The translations under genes were made by a program, and so were the position numbers. A DNA stretch of 25,608 bases. Source: a virus. Taxonomy: Duplodnaviria; Caudoviricetes. Numbering within the stretch: the stretch's first letter is position 1; each line of letters starts with the position of its first letter. Below the pieces are notes generated by a model. It had not been told where the DNA came from. It was given only the letters and a program-made list of their open reading frames with translations, and made no database searches. Location of the stretch: the IMG/VR virus record IMGVR_UViG_3300009656_000012, positions 1 through 25,608 of that record; one strand, written 5' to 3'. This document shows, piece after piece, positions 25,436-25,608 of this stretch.

Positions 25436-25460
25436 GGCCGGGGACTAGCCCCGGCCTTTA
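25436..25460. terminator. Hairpin between convergent genes (probable terminator)
   Basis: GGCCGGGG-ACTAG-CCCCGGCC, short T-run on + strand. Confidence 0.65.
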
Positions 25461-25463
25461 GCC

Positions 25464-25608
25464 TTACTGTCCTCCAGCTGCCCGGCCGTCAACGTAGCTC
25501 TCGCCCAGGATAAACGCTGTCACAACACCGGCAATCCAGGCGTAAGCATCGGGGTCAATCCCTAAGTCCAAGCCTTCATTACAGATGATCAGCAGCGCGG
25601 TAAAAAGA
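25464..25608 (-). CDS. Holin-like membrane protein, 3' end (partial)
   Basis: Manual translation ...LFTALLIICNEGLDLGIDPDAYAWIAGVVTAFILGESYVDGRAAGGQ*; two hydrophobic helices and the ILGE..VD ending seen in small Firmicutes phage holin-like proteins. Confidence 0.65.
   Translation of the reverse strand, partial: LFTALLIICNEGLDLGIDPDAYAWIAGVVTAFILGESYVDGRAAGGQ

Noticed and set aside
1-25608. Apparent abundance of CCGG as a clue to the MTase target
   Set aside because: Impression only, not counted; could reflect host codon or oligonucleotide bias

Overview
A 25.6-kb segment of a Firmicutes (probably Clostridia-type) siphovirus-like phage with an HK97-type head. Almost all genes are on the - strand, in this transcriptional order: 3' end of a holin-like gene; a two-gene + strand cassette; Cro-like HTH; SNF2-like helicase and beta-class amino-methyltransferase; small HTH/Zn genes; SMC-like ATPase, AAA_24 ATPase and DUF669-like SSB; SF2 helicase interrupted by a 384-aa LAGLIDADG intein; primase-helicase followed by a candidate origin (iterons plus long hairpin); metallopeptidase, RusA, MazG-like gene, a degenerate tRNA-like element and Ead/Ea22-like mosaic genes; a late promoter with a structured leader; HNH, terS, terL, portal, Clp protease, capsid with a C-terminal cadherin-like domain, head-tail genes and the start of the major tail gene. 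Four points stand out. (1) There is no integrase or CI repressor between the lysis and early modules; a hairpin-bounded cassette sits there instead. (2) The late promoter is followed by tandem terminator-like hairpins and preceded by a small Zn-ribbon/Arg-rich gene rather than a recognisable late activator. (3) A neck-region protein has a nested (Russian-doll) domain architecture. (4) One ORF has three in-frame RBS-ATG starts. All family assignments come from motif recognition by eye, not database searches.
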